Shown here in pieces: positions 40,826 to 54,367 of a stretch of 64,000 bases of DNA; positions within the stretch are counted from its first letter, which is position 1; every line of letters begins with the position of its first letter. The stretch is from the human T2T-CHM13v2.0 reference genome, Homo sapiens. The translations under genes were made by a program, and so were the position numbers. Location: the NCBI RefSeq assembly GCF_009914755.1, contig NC_060929.1, one strand, 5' to 3'. Under the pieces are notes generated by a model. It made no database searches, had not been told where the DNA came from, and saw only the letters and a program-made list of their open reading frames with translations.

Positions 40826-42389
40826 AAATTATGAAAATCCTACCATGCCATGCAAATCCCAAATATGATTATTATAATCCTTTCGGCAGTTTATAGACAA
40901 ACCAGAAAATGTTCAGAGAATTCTTAATTTTTGTACCAACAAAAAAAATAGTTGGGGCTTAAGGAAGGGATGGGGTCATCCAAAGCACCAAATGATTCCA
41001 AACTCACTGTGATGTGTTATGAGTCCTGAGGTGGGCAGCAAACCAAAGTCCAAGGTTAGCTGTGTCCTGAGCTAATGTGCCAGCTGGGAGGCAGGGCACA
41101 CAGAAATCTGCTGAAGGGCAAGGTGAAAGCAGGCTGTTTTTCCTTTTTTTTTTTTTCTTTAAGTTGCTGAGAATAATTGAGAGTTGATAAATTTTACAGA
41201 ATGGCTTTAAGTCCTTGGTTCCACACCCCTTTATGCCTTGAATAAGTCCCAATTTTTAGAGTGGAAAAGAAGACATTAGAGATAAGATTTATAGTCATAC
41301 TTAATGACTCACTTTTCTTCCACTACACACACAAAAAAAAACAAAACTAAAAAACACTCTCAGCCATTTTCATCTATTCTTCATTGTTGGCCAAGATGAA
41401 GTGGAGGTCAGTATGGGTTTTTCTGGGAATGGTTTTCTTCACAATAGAATTGCTGCTCTTGGCCTCAGGGCTATTTTCCAGAAGACAGAGATTTCCCAGA
41501 TTGCCTCAGTCTGGTGCTGCCTCCCAGTTGCCTTGGACTTCTTCCCCTCTTTGCCAGGAATACAGAAGGACCTTGGTTATGCCTTCATCCCAGCTATAGG
41601 AAAGAAGAATCATGGGGGGGAAACAAGTTTTGTTAGTAGGCTGCTGAATCTCCCCTCAAAATATCTAATCAATTAGTCTCCAAAAACCTGCCTATTCTGA
41701 AATAAGGACAGTATGTGAGTGTGGTGGTAGAGTGTGTGTGTGTCTTTGTGTGAATGTGTTTGTGGTATATTTACAGTGATGGTGGCATTTCAAGTCGTTC
41801 AACAGCAAGGTCTTGCTGAAACTTATTATTGCAAAAATAGCAGTGTCAGTATTCAGGGCTATAGAAGGTCTAGAGAAGGATTGATCCTAGTGCAAGGGGC
41901 CCAGACAACCCATGATAGACCCCAAATACAGGCAGAAGAGATAGACAGCATCAGGCTCCCCACCACTTTTGACATGTTGTCCAAGGTGAGGGTCCTTCAC
42001 TGTTTTCACTTTCTACTCAGGTTCTAAGAGATATAGAACAAAGGGACAACAAACACTAACAGCTGATTGTTTCAGCCTGAGTTTCTTCCTTGGATCTCTT
42101 CCTGCTTCTTTCCTATAATAAACCAGACTGGACAACTTCAACAATGACCATTTTAAGACTGCCTGTTTACCTTTAGAGCATTCTATCCCATTGTCTCCAT
42201 AGGCATATCAACTTTTAATCAGAGCAAGCTGCAGATGAGCTGCTGCTACTCCAGCTACCTTAAGCTATAGATTCCTAAGAGTCAACTCTCCCACCTGCTA
42301 CCAAAAAAAAAAAAAAAAGCAACACATGCACATATGAAATCTTCAGCAAGCTCCTAAACATTTGTATATTTAGAGTTATTGTCCTTATG

Positions 42390-42770
42390 ATCATGTTGCC
42401 AAACATCTTGCCTCCCACTGGGCAACATCTGCCTTTGCATTTAGTTGAGACCATGAGATTAATTTCTTACTAATTAATAGTAAGTAAACGTGATGTATAG
42501 AAATCCTGGGAAGTCTCTTTCCTCTCTTCCTAACTACTTACACTGATGCTTAGAATGTGGTTGTGATGGCTGGAACTCCAGCAGCCTTTTGCACTATCAT
42601 AGGGGTCATATCCTAGTAATGACAGAAACAGCCTGAGTCTCCAGTGACTCTGGAGCTATTATTCCAGCCCAGACCTGGCCACCTTCATACTTTTTACAAA
42701 TATGTTTAAGAAATAAACTTTTATTAGCCTTTCCAAATCTAGTTGGAATACTATTTTTAATAATCTTTTA
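42390..42770 (+). mobile_element. MLT1J-like MaLR LTR relic
   Basis: GTGATGGCTGGAACTCCAGCAGCC, AGCCTGAGTCTCCAGTGAC and AGAAATAAACTT motifs. Confidence 0.6.
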
Positions 42771-43679
42771 ACTACATTATCAGCATGTGCTAACATACAG
42801 GGCTTGATTTTCTCCTATTGTTATTCTGTATTATATTTTTATTGTAGCTATTAACATCTTTATATATCTTCTTCCATTTTAACCTCTCCCTTAAACAAAT
42901 TTCAGTGACAACCATTGTTCCAAGAACTATGCCAGATTATTGGAAAACAAAGATTAGTAAAATAATACTTCATAGCTTTGAAACACTCATTGCTCCCCTG
43001 GTCTACAGAGGCACAGATGAGGGACATAAGATGAATAACTAGTATCACAAAAATCAGCTTTGCTGTAAGCATTAAAAAAAGAACAGTCCTGGTTTCTGGC
43101 TTTGGAAAACTTTATCCTAATAGAAAAGGAGAACAGAAGGGCATAAAATAATAAATGTTTATAAGCATTCAGGGAGAGAGCTAGATTAGTGCCTCTTTTG
43201 CTTTCAGGCTTATTGTTGAAAAATTACTAATCACCTGGAGGTCTACTATTAAAATGGAGTCAGCAGTGACCTCAAAGGGAGTCCAGGACTTTCAAATTGT
43301 ACTCCCTCTTCCCTTCACTGACTGGGAGCAATCCAAAAATTGGATGACTATGAATGGCCAGACATCTGCAAAACAGCTTTTCTTTTCTCTAATTTTTGCA
43401 ATCGTTCTAATACATATTTGAAACAAGCAGTACTTTCAATCCTTGAGCCCTGTTAGAGCCTTCTGAAAACATGGATGAATGTGCACAAGGAAAAAATATC
43501 ATTTTTTCTCTTTTACCCCTTGCTCTTTTTACCTCTTTTCTCTTTTGAGGTTGGTTATAAGGATTAAAATGTCCAGTTAAGCCAAGTGTTCTTGAAGCTT
43601 GTGGGATAAAAGCTGAGGGTTGAGTGTATGAGGAGTATTATGATACTGACTCCCCGCCCTCCTCCTCTTCATACTCCTA

Positions 43680-43920
43680 TGACTACCAGCTTTGATGTGC
43701 ACACTGTGCACTAGATACTATGCATTATGGCTTCAAGGAGATGACCTTTTTAATCCCCATACCCATTCTGTAAAGTAATATAAGCATTGTTTTACAGGTT
43801 AGGAAACTGATGCTTGGAGAGTTGTAACCTGTGCCAAGTCACAAAGCCAGCAAGTGCTGTAGCCAGGATTTCGCTCTAGGCAGCCTGACTCCTCAACTCT
43901 GTTTTTAACTGTGATGCTGA
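43680..43920 (-). mobile_element. MIR SINE relic
   Basis: TTTTACAGGTTAGGAAACTGATGCTTGGAGAG...GCCAGGATTTCGCTCTAGGCAGCCTGACTCC. Confidence 0.7.
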
Positions 43921-44519
43921 AGTTTGTCAAATGATAAGAGCTCACAAGCATAAGAAAGGACCAGAACCTTGTCAGGACAGGGAGCTAAAGCCTCTGGAGC
44001 AAGCTGCCTCCTGCCTTCTTCTTTCTGTCACATGGACATGGGAGGTTATGATCTTGTAGAAGGAGGAATCTGGAAGAGAAGTTAATTTAAACTTGAGCAT
44101 ATAATAACTGCCATGAGAGCCTAACTCTTTGAGTGGGCCATGATCCAGGCCCCAGTGTGAGTCTCATGACAGGCTGTGCTATATGACCAGTAAAAGCTTC
44201 TAACCAGCTTCTGCCAGACATTTGAAGGTAATTTTCATTACATAAGACCAGGGTGGGTATTACTTCAGGAGGGGTGGGAGACATGCACTGGTTATCTGTA
44301 ATTCTTCCTTTTCTGATGTTTATCTCCTTTCATTTGAAGTGGAGAGACAGTCTGCTGGACTGTCATCTTGTGCCTTTGGACCACCTGAAAGGACAACCTG
44401 TCAGAATGGAGGTCACACTCATACACAGCTCTTATGGCTATGGAAGACTGTCTGGGTCAGGGATCAAGTTCATAATGCTCAAAAGTAAATTAGGAAAAGT
44501 GATGGGCTTTATGTTTGCT

Positions 44520-44945
44520 CTTCTCTTTGTCAGAAATGCTCTCCCCTTCTTACAATTCACCTATCATGTAAATTTTACCTCCTCATCTAGGCTTTCTCTG
44601 GGCAGCCAGTCTTTAATATCTCCCTCCAATATCATCCAACCCTGCTTAATTTTCTTCAGAGAAAGTATTTTTACTCTGAAATCCCTAGTTACAATACTAC
44701 GTGGTAATAGTTATCACCAGTTTTAATGATATATACTAGTCATATCACTAATTACATAACTAATGATATATATAACTAGTGATAGATAACAGTTATCACT
44801 AGTTATAAGTGCATTGTTATCACTAGTTATAATTGCATTGAGGACAGGGGTCTTTTCCCTTGTTTCACACTGAATCCTCAGCTTCGACAGTTAGTGCCTG
44901 GTATACAGAGGTGGTTATTAAACATTGGTAAGATGGATGAATTAG
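44520..44945 (+). mobile_element. L2 LINE 3' end containing an internal micro-rearrangement
   Basis: AGAAATGCTCTCCCC, CCCTGCTTAATTTTCTTCA and TGAGGACAGGGG...AGTGCCTGGTATACAGAGG...AAACATTGG. Confidence 0.7.
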
Positions 44946-45102
44946 TCCAATTATATTCTTTTGATAGGACTAGTTAAAACAGGCTGTCAGAAACAACTAG
45001 AGTTGGCATAGGTTGGACAAAATGTAGTATGCATTTCACTTTACAATAAATATGTGTGCTATATAGTTTATAGTTTGGCCAATAAACTTTCTTCTAATAG
45101 TT

Positions 45103-45368
<266 letters not shown>

Positions 45369-46453
45369 GCTTTCTTCTAATAGTTTTGAAAGAGAAATTA
45401 TGCCCTCCCTCCATTCTTGCCTCCTGAAGAAAAATGACAAACTCTTCCTGAGATAGTTGTTCTGTTTTCTGCAATTGTTTTGTGCTTTCTTTGAGTTGCG
45501 TGTGTGTCTGTGTGTGAGCATGTACATATGCATATGCATGTGTGATGCCATCTAATACAGTATCGTGCTAGAAGGTGCTTTAGTGTCTGTCCTACCTCTA
45601 GATGAATCCAACAGGAGAATACATGTGACAGGGGCCAGATGCTGGTTGGGGTGGGCCAGGAACCTTGTTGAGTAACTCTCTGCTAGAACTTGAATAGCAG
45701 ACAACACCCAGTAATGAGGGGAAATCATTCACAGACTTCAAAATAGAAGGGCAAAAATAAGATAAACTTTGCTCTGTAACCCAAAATGAAGATTTGGTAC
45801 AAGCTTGTGGCATTCTCCACCTGTCTCCATCTCTAGTGCTACCAGGGGGCCTAACCTACTAAAAAAAGCAGGTGTTTCAGGTTCCCAATTGATTAATCCT
45901 TTAAACCATCCATTATTCATTCTGTACCTGCTGTGCTCAGCATCATGCTAAGTGCTATAGGGGACACAGAAGACATGGCCTTGAACTCTGGGACCTTATA
46001 TTCTGGGAGGGGATATGAGACTAATTCTATTTATCACATAACATAATTAACACTATGTTGGCTTTCAGGACAATATTGTGTTGTCATAGCATCATTTCAG
46101 GTTTGTAAATCTTACGTACAAAAAAGATTGTGAATTATAGGGATTGTGTGATGTACTCTGATGTTTTTAGTGGCAGTAACTTATGCAGTCCTAGATACAT
46201 AATAAACCCTCATGGAAAATGGTGACTTAAGTGTTACGGAGCCTTACAGGTTCTAGAGCTATAGAAGTCTGTCTAGGCTGCTATTTTGCTAATTGAGAGG
46301 AACAGGAGGCCGGGTAGTGTTCCTGTCCTAATTCCAGGGCACGTTCAAAAGATAGAGTTACATGAGCAATCCCAAAAAGCACCACTAGAAGGACATTGGA
46401 TTCAAATTGGATCAGACAGTTTCAAGGTATCTTTAGAAAAGGTGGCAGCTATA

Positions 46454-46814
46454 GGCCACCAGTGGCTCATGCCTGTAATCCCAGCACTTTGGGAGGGCGA
46501 GGCAGGCAGATCCCCTGAGGTCAGGAGTTCGACACCGGCAGATCACCTGAGGTCAGGAGTTTGAGACCAGCCTCGCCAACATAGCGAAACCCCGTCTCTA
46601 TTTAAAAAGTACAAAAATTAGCTGGGCGTGGTGGCAGGCACCTGTAATCCCAGCTACTCAGGAGGCTGAGGCAGGAGAATTGCTTCAACCTGCGAGGCAG
46701 AGGTTACTAGTTAGCCAAGATCACACCACTGCACTCCAGCCTGAGTGACAAGAGCGAGACTCCGTCTCAAAAACAAACAAACAAACAAAAAACTAAACAA
46801 CAACAGCAAAAAAT
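46454..46814 (+). mobile_element. AluS (Sq/Sp-like) SINE with internal 32-bp duplication and 17-bp TSD
   Basis: Dimeric Alu with a (CAAA)n tail. TSD AAAAGGTGGCAGCTATA at 46437-46453 and 46815-46831. Confidence 0.95.
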
Positions 46815-49800
46815 AAAAGGTGGCAGCTATAATATGACATGTCTGGGAGGCCAAAATGGTGCTTTGACACTCCCTATTTAGTTTTACTGTTGCCATAACC
46901 TCAGGAGCCCTGGCTCCCTTAGAGGCCTGGGAAGGTCTGCATGGCCACAGTGTCATTGTCTGCCTGCTTTTGTTGTTGGATTCCCTGCTCTTTTACTAAG
47001 CTTAAGTTTGGCCTTCTTTTGTTCAATTCCTTTTTCTGACCAGCTGCCCTGAACCTCATTCAAATGCCATGTGTGTGTATCTGAAACTTGGCCATTTAAT
47101 TCACAGAAGAGCCTTGGGGAAATTTTAGGTTTTATGTTATGCAGGGGTCATATTGCTTTGAGTTTCAGCCTCCAATTGATGCTTTAAAAAGACTCAAAGA
47201 AGGATTCCAGCTGTACCTTCTGAGTTTCACCAGGTGTGTTAGCAGAAGCCAGCAGAAAGGGTGGCAGGCAGATTGGAATCATGTCACAGGATTTCAAATG
47301 GATTTACTGTACTTGTTATATGATATTTCATAGATAGCTATTACTGTTCATCAGAATAAATGGAAAATACAAGAAAAGAGGAATTAAAAGCCACCACTAA
47401 AAAGATCAGTCTTGTGTTACTGAAACCTCAAGCTGAGAACCACAGTACTCAGGATTCCATCTGTCCCAGCTCCAGGCTGCCATTGCTGTCTGTCTTTTCA
47501 GCTGAGGCCTTTGTATAAACCCCTGGATTCTGCAGACCCCTACAACCTTATCTGTCAGAATGAGGAAAAGAAACCCTGTTTGGCTTCCTGGGACCTTAAG
47601 ATTACGAGTTCATGTCTCAGTGGAGAGGTATTCTGGAAACTCAAACAGCTTTGAATCTCAGAAGCAGAAGTGAAGAGAGACCTCAGGAAGTCTCATACCT
47701 TTTCTCCAGAGCAGGTGGGGTGGCCACCAGCCACCTCAGAGAGACTGTTATTTTCTGTTTTATTTTGAAAATATTCCTTAAAAATCAAATATTTTCAGTC
47801 AAACTGTGTTTCCCACTACCTCTTTTTATAAACTGGAACTACAGCATATATATGACATAGACTAAGTCCCAAGAGGCATAGACTGAGTTATCTCCCTGAG
47901 TTATCATTCCATTCGGAAGATAACTCTGATTGAGTATACCCCCTGGGGTCTCTCTTCTTTGTTACTGGTCCTCAAAATCTGCTCCCCCAGTGTGCTCACC
48001 CATGATTTTATTCTTAAGTGCAGATTTGCCAGTGAAGAATTATTTAGTTGTTAGAAAGTAAGTCAGGCACATGAGGGAGTGTGAAAAGTTTGAAAAAAAG
48101 GGAGGGGCTTTCTCCTCATCATAGAGGAAGCTAGCAAGCATGTTTGCAATTAAATGTTTTTTCTTAACTTTTAAGTCGGTTGGTTCATGGTACAATTCAT
48201 GCTTGTAGTTACATCATCTCTCCTTCATAATGAAACTGCTATTCTTTAAAGCCAAATCATGCCAGGTTGAAAGTATTTTGAACTTTTTGCTCATCTGCAA
48301 TCTCAGCTCAACAAATAACTTTCATTTTTTCAGAAGCTCTTCAAAGGGACTTCATTCACAGGGAAAAAAAAAATCCTTGCGTGCGTTAAGTTCTTTGGAC
48401 ATCTATTTTTATTTCCTGACTGGCACATTGTCATTTCTTCTGTCATACACAATTTGGCTTCATTGAATTCTTTGCCATTTGATCTCCTTAAGTGCCCCAG
48501 CTTCAACAGACTCTTCTCTGACATTGAGAGTTTTTGCTCTGTGCTGAATGCAAATTGCCACTTTCCAGTGCATGAAAAATGACAGTGTTTCTGATTTTAT
48601 CTGGTTTGTGCATAGTATTATTAAGTATTAAACATAATAAGTATTAAACTCCAGGAAAACATTCCCAAGAGCTGAGGTCCAAAAAGTCGTCAGACCTAAA
48701 TTTAGGTAAGGACCAAACTTTTTGGCTCTTAAATTCTTCAACTTGTTTTGTACTTTTTAAGTTTATGCATCTGACCTCAGTTACTTTTCTTGAGGTTCTG
48801 ACATTCCATTCATCAGGAGAATAAATGTTCTCTCTGCTTAAGTTACTTCATTTATAAAATGTAGAAATTAATAGCAATTGTATTGTTGATGGATTAAATG
48901 AGATGCTACACAGAACAGCACCTGACATTTAGAGACTGCTCCAAAATGTTGAGTCGCTATTGTTGTTGTAATAATTATTAAATTGGTTATTGAAATGGGC
49001 ATGGTTTAAATGACATTTGGTTCCAGACATCAGGTGTTAGAAATTTTGAGATTATTTATGACAGAAAACGACTCTGAACGTACAGCCTGCAGGGACATTA
49101 GACTAGTTACCACCATCCCAAATAAAAAGAATACTGCCCTCTCACTTTGTTTTTTTTTTTAACTCTCATACTCCAAGTATGTGTTCTTACTTAGTCTGAT
49201 GTCCCTTGTTACTTACATTGCATTAATCCCTTAAAATGCCCGCCTTTTAATAGACAACTTTAATAGACAACTAGAACAGATGCTTTCCATATCTTGCATG
49301 TATCACAGAGGTCACTCAGGTTTTCCTTCTACCAACAGATTGGATGCCAGTGCACTCAGTTTAGACACTGGACATACTCTTCAAAGTACCTTCAGAGGAG
49401 AGCACTGCACATTGCCATTTGTAATTTGTGCCAAAATACTGTATAAAAATTTTTGTTTAACCTACCTATGTTTAAGTCTTATTTGCTTTGTCTTCTTTGT
49501 GCTGATATGCTTCCTTTAAGACACTTAAAACTATTTCCCTAAGGAGCACCCTGTGCTTTTTTTGTTTTGTTTTAAATGATGCTACTACTAATTTTTCCTT
49601 GGTATTATGGAGTCTATATTATCTGTTAACTCAAGTGCAAGAAAACCCAATTTAAACTGACTTAAGAGAGAATACGTCACTTAACTGAGCAAAGCAAAAA
49701 TACCGTGGCTTCTGCTGCTGTTTATGTCAGGAGCAAAGGATGTCACTTAGACCTGGTTTCTCCCTCTCTATATGTCAACTCTCTCTTCTTCATATCGGTT

Positions 49801-50025
49801 CTATTCTCCTGCAGGTTCTCACTTCACCTCCATAACATATCCCCATAGCTCTTGATTTATTTTTAGCTTCTAGTCTGGGGGCAAAGAAAAGATCAGAGTA
49901 AAACAAACTTAGGTATTTATAAACATCAGTTATAGAATTATGATTGATAATTGGTAATAGGGATGAACGCTTTAGACAGGGTGATGGAGTCAGAACTTTT
50001 GGGAAGGTGATTTTACATATATATT

Positions 50026-50281
50026 TTTTAATTTTTTAATTTTGTGGGTACATAACAGGTATATATATTAATGGGGTACATGGGATGTTTTGATACAGGC
50101 ATGTAATGCATAATAATCACATCACGGAGAATGTATCCATCCCCTCAAGCATTTATCTTTGTAATACAAATAATCCAACTACAGTCTTTTAGTAATTTTA
50201 ACATGTATAATTAAGTTATTGTTGACTATAGTCATGCTGTTGTGCTGTCAAATACTAGGTCTTTTTCATTTTTTCTAACTG
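50026..50281 (-). mobile_element. L1MA1/L1MA2 3' UTR fragment with degenerate TSD
   Basis: GGGGTACATGGGATGTTTTGATACAGGCATG...AATAATCACATC...CCCCTCAAGCATTTATC. Flanks are TTTGGGAAGGTGATTTT and TTTGGAAGATGATTTT. Confidence 0.82.
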
Positions 50282-50341
50282 TTTGGAAGATGATTTTTTT
50301 AAGTAAGGGCTACGTGAGGAAACAGTCATAAGAATGACCTA

Positions 50342-50649
<308 letters not shown>

Positions 50650-50974
50650 GATTGATTATCCAAAGCAGAAGAGACAGCAGGTACAGATGTCCTGAGACAA
50701 ATATGAGTTTGACATATTCTAGGTGCAAGAAGGCCATTTATAAAGGACCTCTTTCCTTTATAAATTACCCAATCCAAGGTATTATTTTGTGAATGATAGG
50801 GTTTGGAGGAAGAGAAGCTCAGAGGTTGACAGGGTTATACTTTATGGACCCCTATAGATCATCACAAAAAGGGGTTTTGGTTTCATTTTTGTTTTGTAGT
50901 AAAATAAAGCCACTGGAATATTTTTAGCAGGATTTATTGATTTGAATTAACTTTCAAAAGCCAATTTCAACTGT

Positions 50975-51308
50975 TGTCTTAGTCTGTTTTGTGCTCCTAT
51001 AAAAGAATACTTGAGACTGGGTAATTTATAAGTAAACAGAAACTTATTTCTCACAATTCTGGAGGCTGGGAAGTTCACAATCACGGTGCTGACGTCTGGC
51101 AAAGGCCTTCTTGCTGCCTTGCCCATAGCATGGTGGAAGGCATCACATGGTGGAAGAGCAAGAGAGGGAATAAGGAAGAGAGTGAGAGAAAGAAAACTGA
51201 ACTTATCCTTTTATAAAAAACCAACTGCTGTGATAATGAACTTATTCCTATGATAATGGCATAAATCCATTCAAATGGGGAAAGTCCCCATGTCCTAATC
51301 ACCTCTAA
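50975..51308 (-). mobile_element. MSTC/MSTD-like MaLR LTR (partial)
   Basis: TGTCTTAGTCTGTTTTGTGCT...GAGACTGGGTAATTTATAA...TTCTGGAGGCTGGGAAGT...CCTAATCACCTCT. Confidence 0.78.
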
Positions 51309-52347
51309 ACAATAGAACTATAATCTTTATAGTTCTTCCTTTTTAAAAATCCACAGAAAATTGGGTCTAAAAACAACAACAGCTGGGTCTTGTATGTTAA
51401 AATCTCTATATTTTTCTATAATATTGAATGATGAGCTTTCCAAGTTTTGTTGGAAACTTCAATATAGATAAAAAAGCACAAATGCTTTGAGAGTGAAAAA
51501 TATTGAAAATAGAAAACCTGATAGCAAACTTTGAGAAGATACCCTGCTGGACTTGATTATGTTGACTGATTATAATAATTTTTGCTGAGCAATTTGTTAT
51601 AGGGTCAGGCATTTATTTAGCATTTTGATGTATCTATGAATAGAGCTTTATGATTTGAATGAAGCACTTTAAATATTTCATATCTCTAAGTTTATTTGGG
51701 ATCCGAATATATCATAAAAATTTCTGTGAGCTAATTTCAATTTCTGATCACTTTCAAAGGACCTATGTCTTAAAAACTAAAAAAAATAAAAAAATAAAAA
51801 AAAAAATAAAAGGAGGACCTTGGAGAAAACAGAAAAATTGTTGGGAGTAAAGAGCCTGACACCACTTTGGAGGGCCTGACACCACAATAGAAGATAAGAG
51901 AATGACATGTCTGCCTGTTTGTGTTTTGGGATCAATAACAAGGTGAGACTCAGGAGAGACTGTGTGTATCTTTTCACTCAGCAGAGGGTCAGCAAATACA
52001 GAGAAAGAACTCAAGCCAGGAGGCATTTAAAAATATCCCACTAAAAGAGAAAAATAAAGAAGAGACCCCAGACTGTGAAAGATAATATTGTTAAAGTTTT
52101 GTGGAAGAATTCCCAATAAAGATAAACAGGAAATAAGGACACCTCAAACAGAGAAGAATAATGCTGCACGCATCACTCAAAGATCAGGTGACTAACCTAC
52201 ACCCATTTGGAGTGGTAAGGGAGGAGGAAATATCTTAACTTGAACCAATACACACAGGCTGTGCTGTAGGGCTGGCTGTCTCGTGGGATCCATGTATTCT
52301 TGGGGAGGTCTGATTTTCTAAAAATTAATTTCTCCATCCTGGTCTTA

Positions 52348-52833
52348 TGACATGGTTTGTCTGTGTCCCCACCCAACATCTCATCTTGAATTTAATCCCC
52401 ATAATTCCTACGTGACAAGGGTGGGACCAGGTGGAGGTAATTGGATCATGGGGGCAATTTCCCCCATGCTATTATGATAGTGAGTCTCATGAGATTTGAT
52501 GGCTTTGCCTTCGGCCATGATTGAAAGTTTCCTGAGGCCTCCCAAGCAATGTGGAACTGTGAGTCAATTAAACTTCTTTCCTTTATAAATTATCCTGTCC
52601 TAGGTTTTTCTTCTTCTCCTTCTTCATTTTTTTCTTCTTTTCTTTTTTTTCCCCCCCAAGACAGAGCCTGGCTCTGTCGCCCAGGCTGAAGTGCAGTGGT
52701 GTGATCTTGGCTCAGTGCAACCTCCACCTCCTGGGTTGAAGAAATTCTCCTGCCTCAAGCCTCCTGAGTAGCTGGAATTACAGGCACTGGCTACCATGCC
52801 TGGCTAATAGCAGTGTGAGAATGGACTATTACA
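52348..52833 (+). mobile_element. THE1D-like solo LTR with an internal deletion and a nested Alu fragment
   Basis: TGACATGGTTTGTCTGTGTCCCCACCCAA ... ATAGCAGTGTGAGAATGGACTATTACA. Flanks TCTTA and TTTTA form a near 5-bp TSD. Confidence 0.85.
52614..52808 (-). mobile_element. Alu right-arm-only fragment with a pyrimidine-rich tail
   Basis: AGACAGAGCCTGGCTCTGTCGCCCAGGCTGAAGTGCAGTGG...ACCATGCCTGGCTAAT, after which the LTR resumes. Confidence 0.88.
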
Positions 52834-53194
52834 TTTTACTTGCCACTTCCTTTAGCATTACTGTTCAAATATCCAAATTTGATAGGTTATTTTTGGAGGA
52901 CATGCTTCCCTTCCTGAGGTATCTATGATATCCCACTCACTTCTCTGATGGCCCCAAAGAATTTTATACTCCCAAGCTTGAAAGCTGTTTGTCATAGGAG
53001 GCTATCATACACAGCTAGATTTTCCTTTCCAATATAATTCCCTCTCTGTGGGGGTCTTTTCAGGATTCAGTTTTCTTGCCCCAGGCCTTTAATCCAGAAT
53101 CCAAAGTGTAGCTTAAGCCTGAAGAAAAGATAGAAGACAGACACAAATCACAGGTGAGAATCCTATTGCACAGCAAAATAAAACCCTGAGTTGA

Positions 53195-53660
53195 TTTTGT
53201 ATTTGTTGAGATAAAAACACAGCAGGTGCTATCATAGATAAGCCTGGAAATCTCAGTAACTTAATAAAGTGAAATTTTTGTCTTGTTCCTCTCAGACTTG
53301 TTCTGGCCAGTATGTAAACAAGCCCGTAGGTGGAGGGGATTCTGTTCTACACAATTACTAAGGAGTCAGGTTCCTGCTTTTCATGCCCCTGTCTTCTGGG
53401 AATGTCTTCTCTGTCTTCTCATTCTGATGGCAAATGGGGAAAGAGAGGTCTGATCTCATGTGGAAGAGAAGTGGGTGTGTGAGGTCCCTGGCCCAGCCTC
53501 GAAGTGGTGTGTATCACTTCTACTTCTATTCCATTTGTCAAAACTTGGTGCAAAAGGCCACATCCAAATGCAAGGAAACTGTGGTACATCTGTTTTCCCA
53601 GGTGGCACCAGCAAGCCCTGCCACGTGTATCCTGTGTCTGCTTCTTTCCAGCCCATTTGC
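53195..53660 (-). mobile_element. Old MLT1 (J/K-like) LTR relic
   Basis: AAATCTCAGTAACTTAA, GGCCCAGCCTCGAAGTGGTGTGTATCACTTCTAC and CAAATGCAAGGAAACTG. Confidence 0.55.
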
Positions 53661-54367
53661 TGTCACTAAGCCCATCCACCAAGTGGAGGGCTGGAGAGGA
53701 CCAGTGCCAGTTCACAAAAGCCAACTGTCAAATTTCCAGGAATTTTGAAAGCCAGTTGTTAAACACAGCCATTATTAAAAATTTATACATCTATTATTTA
53801 AAACCTATTTAAAAATCACTTGCTATTTTAAAATTAAAGACAAGACAAATATTGAAAATGCATTACTTTTAAATTATTTTACTATACTTTTTCTTAACTA
53901 TGCTCTTGAGGCTATATCTGATGTGTCTGTGTGGAGGAAATCCTACATAACAGCATGCTACTGTACTACTCTCCCCAAATTTGCATTCATTGGCTTTACG
54001 TTGCTAGCTTGAAATCAGTCATGGTGGGAGTATGCACACTCTGGCAATAGGCAAATACTACAAATCGGGCTTGATTTACTGTTTTGTTGATTGTTTGAAT
54101 TTAAGAAAGTGATTGAGAAAATAATGATAATTCAGATTAAATTTAAAAGTTTTGTATCTATAGTCATTACATACCATTACGTACTAGATAGCACTAAACT
54201 TAAACATTCTTTCAGTAGTCAAACTATTACCCAATTCAGCAAAGTGTTCACATAGTTGAGGAAAGCGTGGAGTTCTGAAATGTGGTAGTACAGAAGCTGA
54301 AGGAGGCTTTGAGTTAATGAACATAATTTGTATTAGGGTGAGACATAATTTAAAACTAGATCATACA

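Noticed and set aside
40120-40857. Octamer motifs (ATTTGCAT at 40120, ATGCAAAT at 40850)
   Set aside because: These AT-rich 8-mers are expected occasionally in this composition, and there is no supporting SOX or snRNA promoter architecture.
44253-44726. 157-aa plus-strand ORF, the longest non-L1 ORF
   Set aside because: GTG start, runs into an L2 relic, low-information hydrophobic translation with no recognisable domain.
53419-53812. Five overlapping 66-104 aa ORFs
   Set aside because: They fall within MLT1 LTR and MER63 relics and show no coding features.
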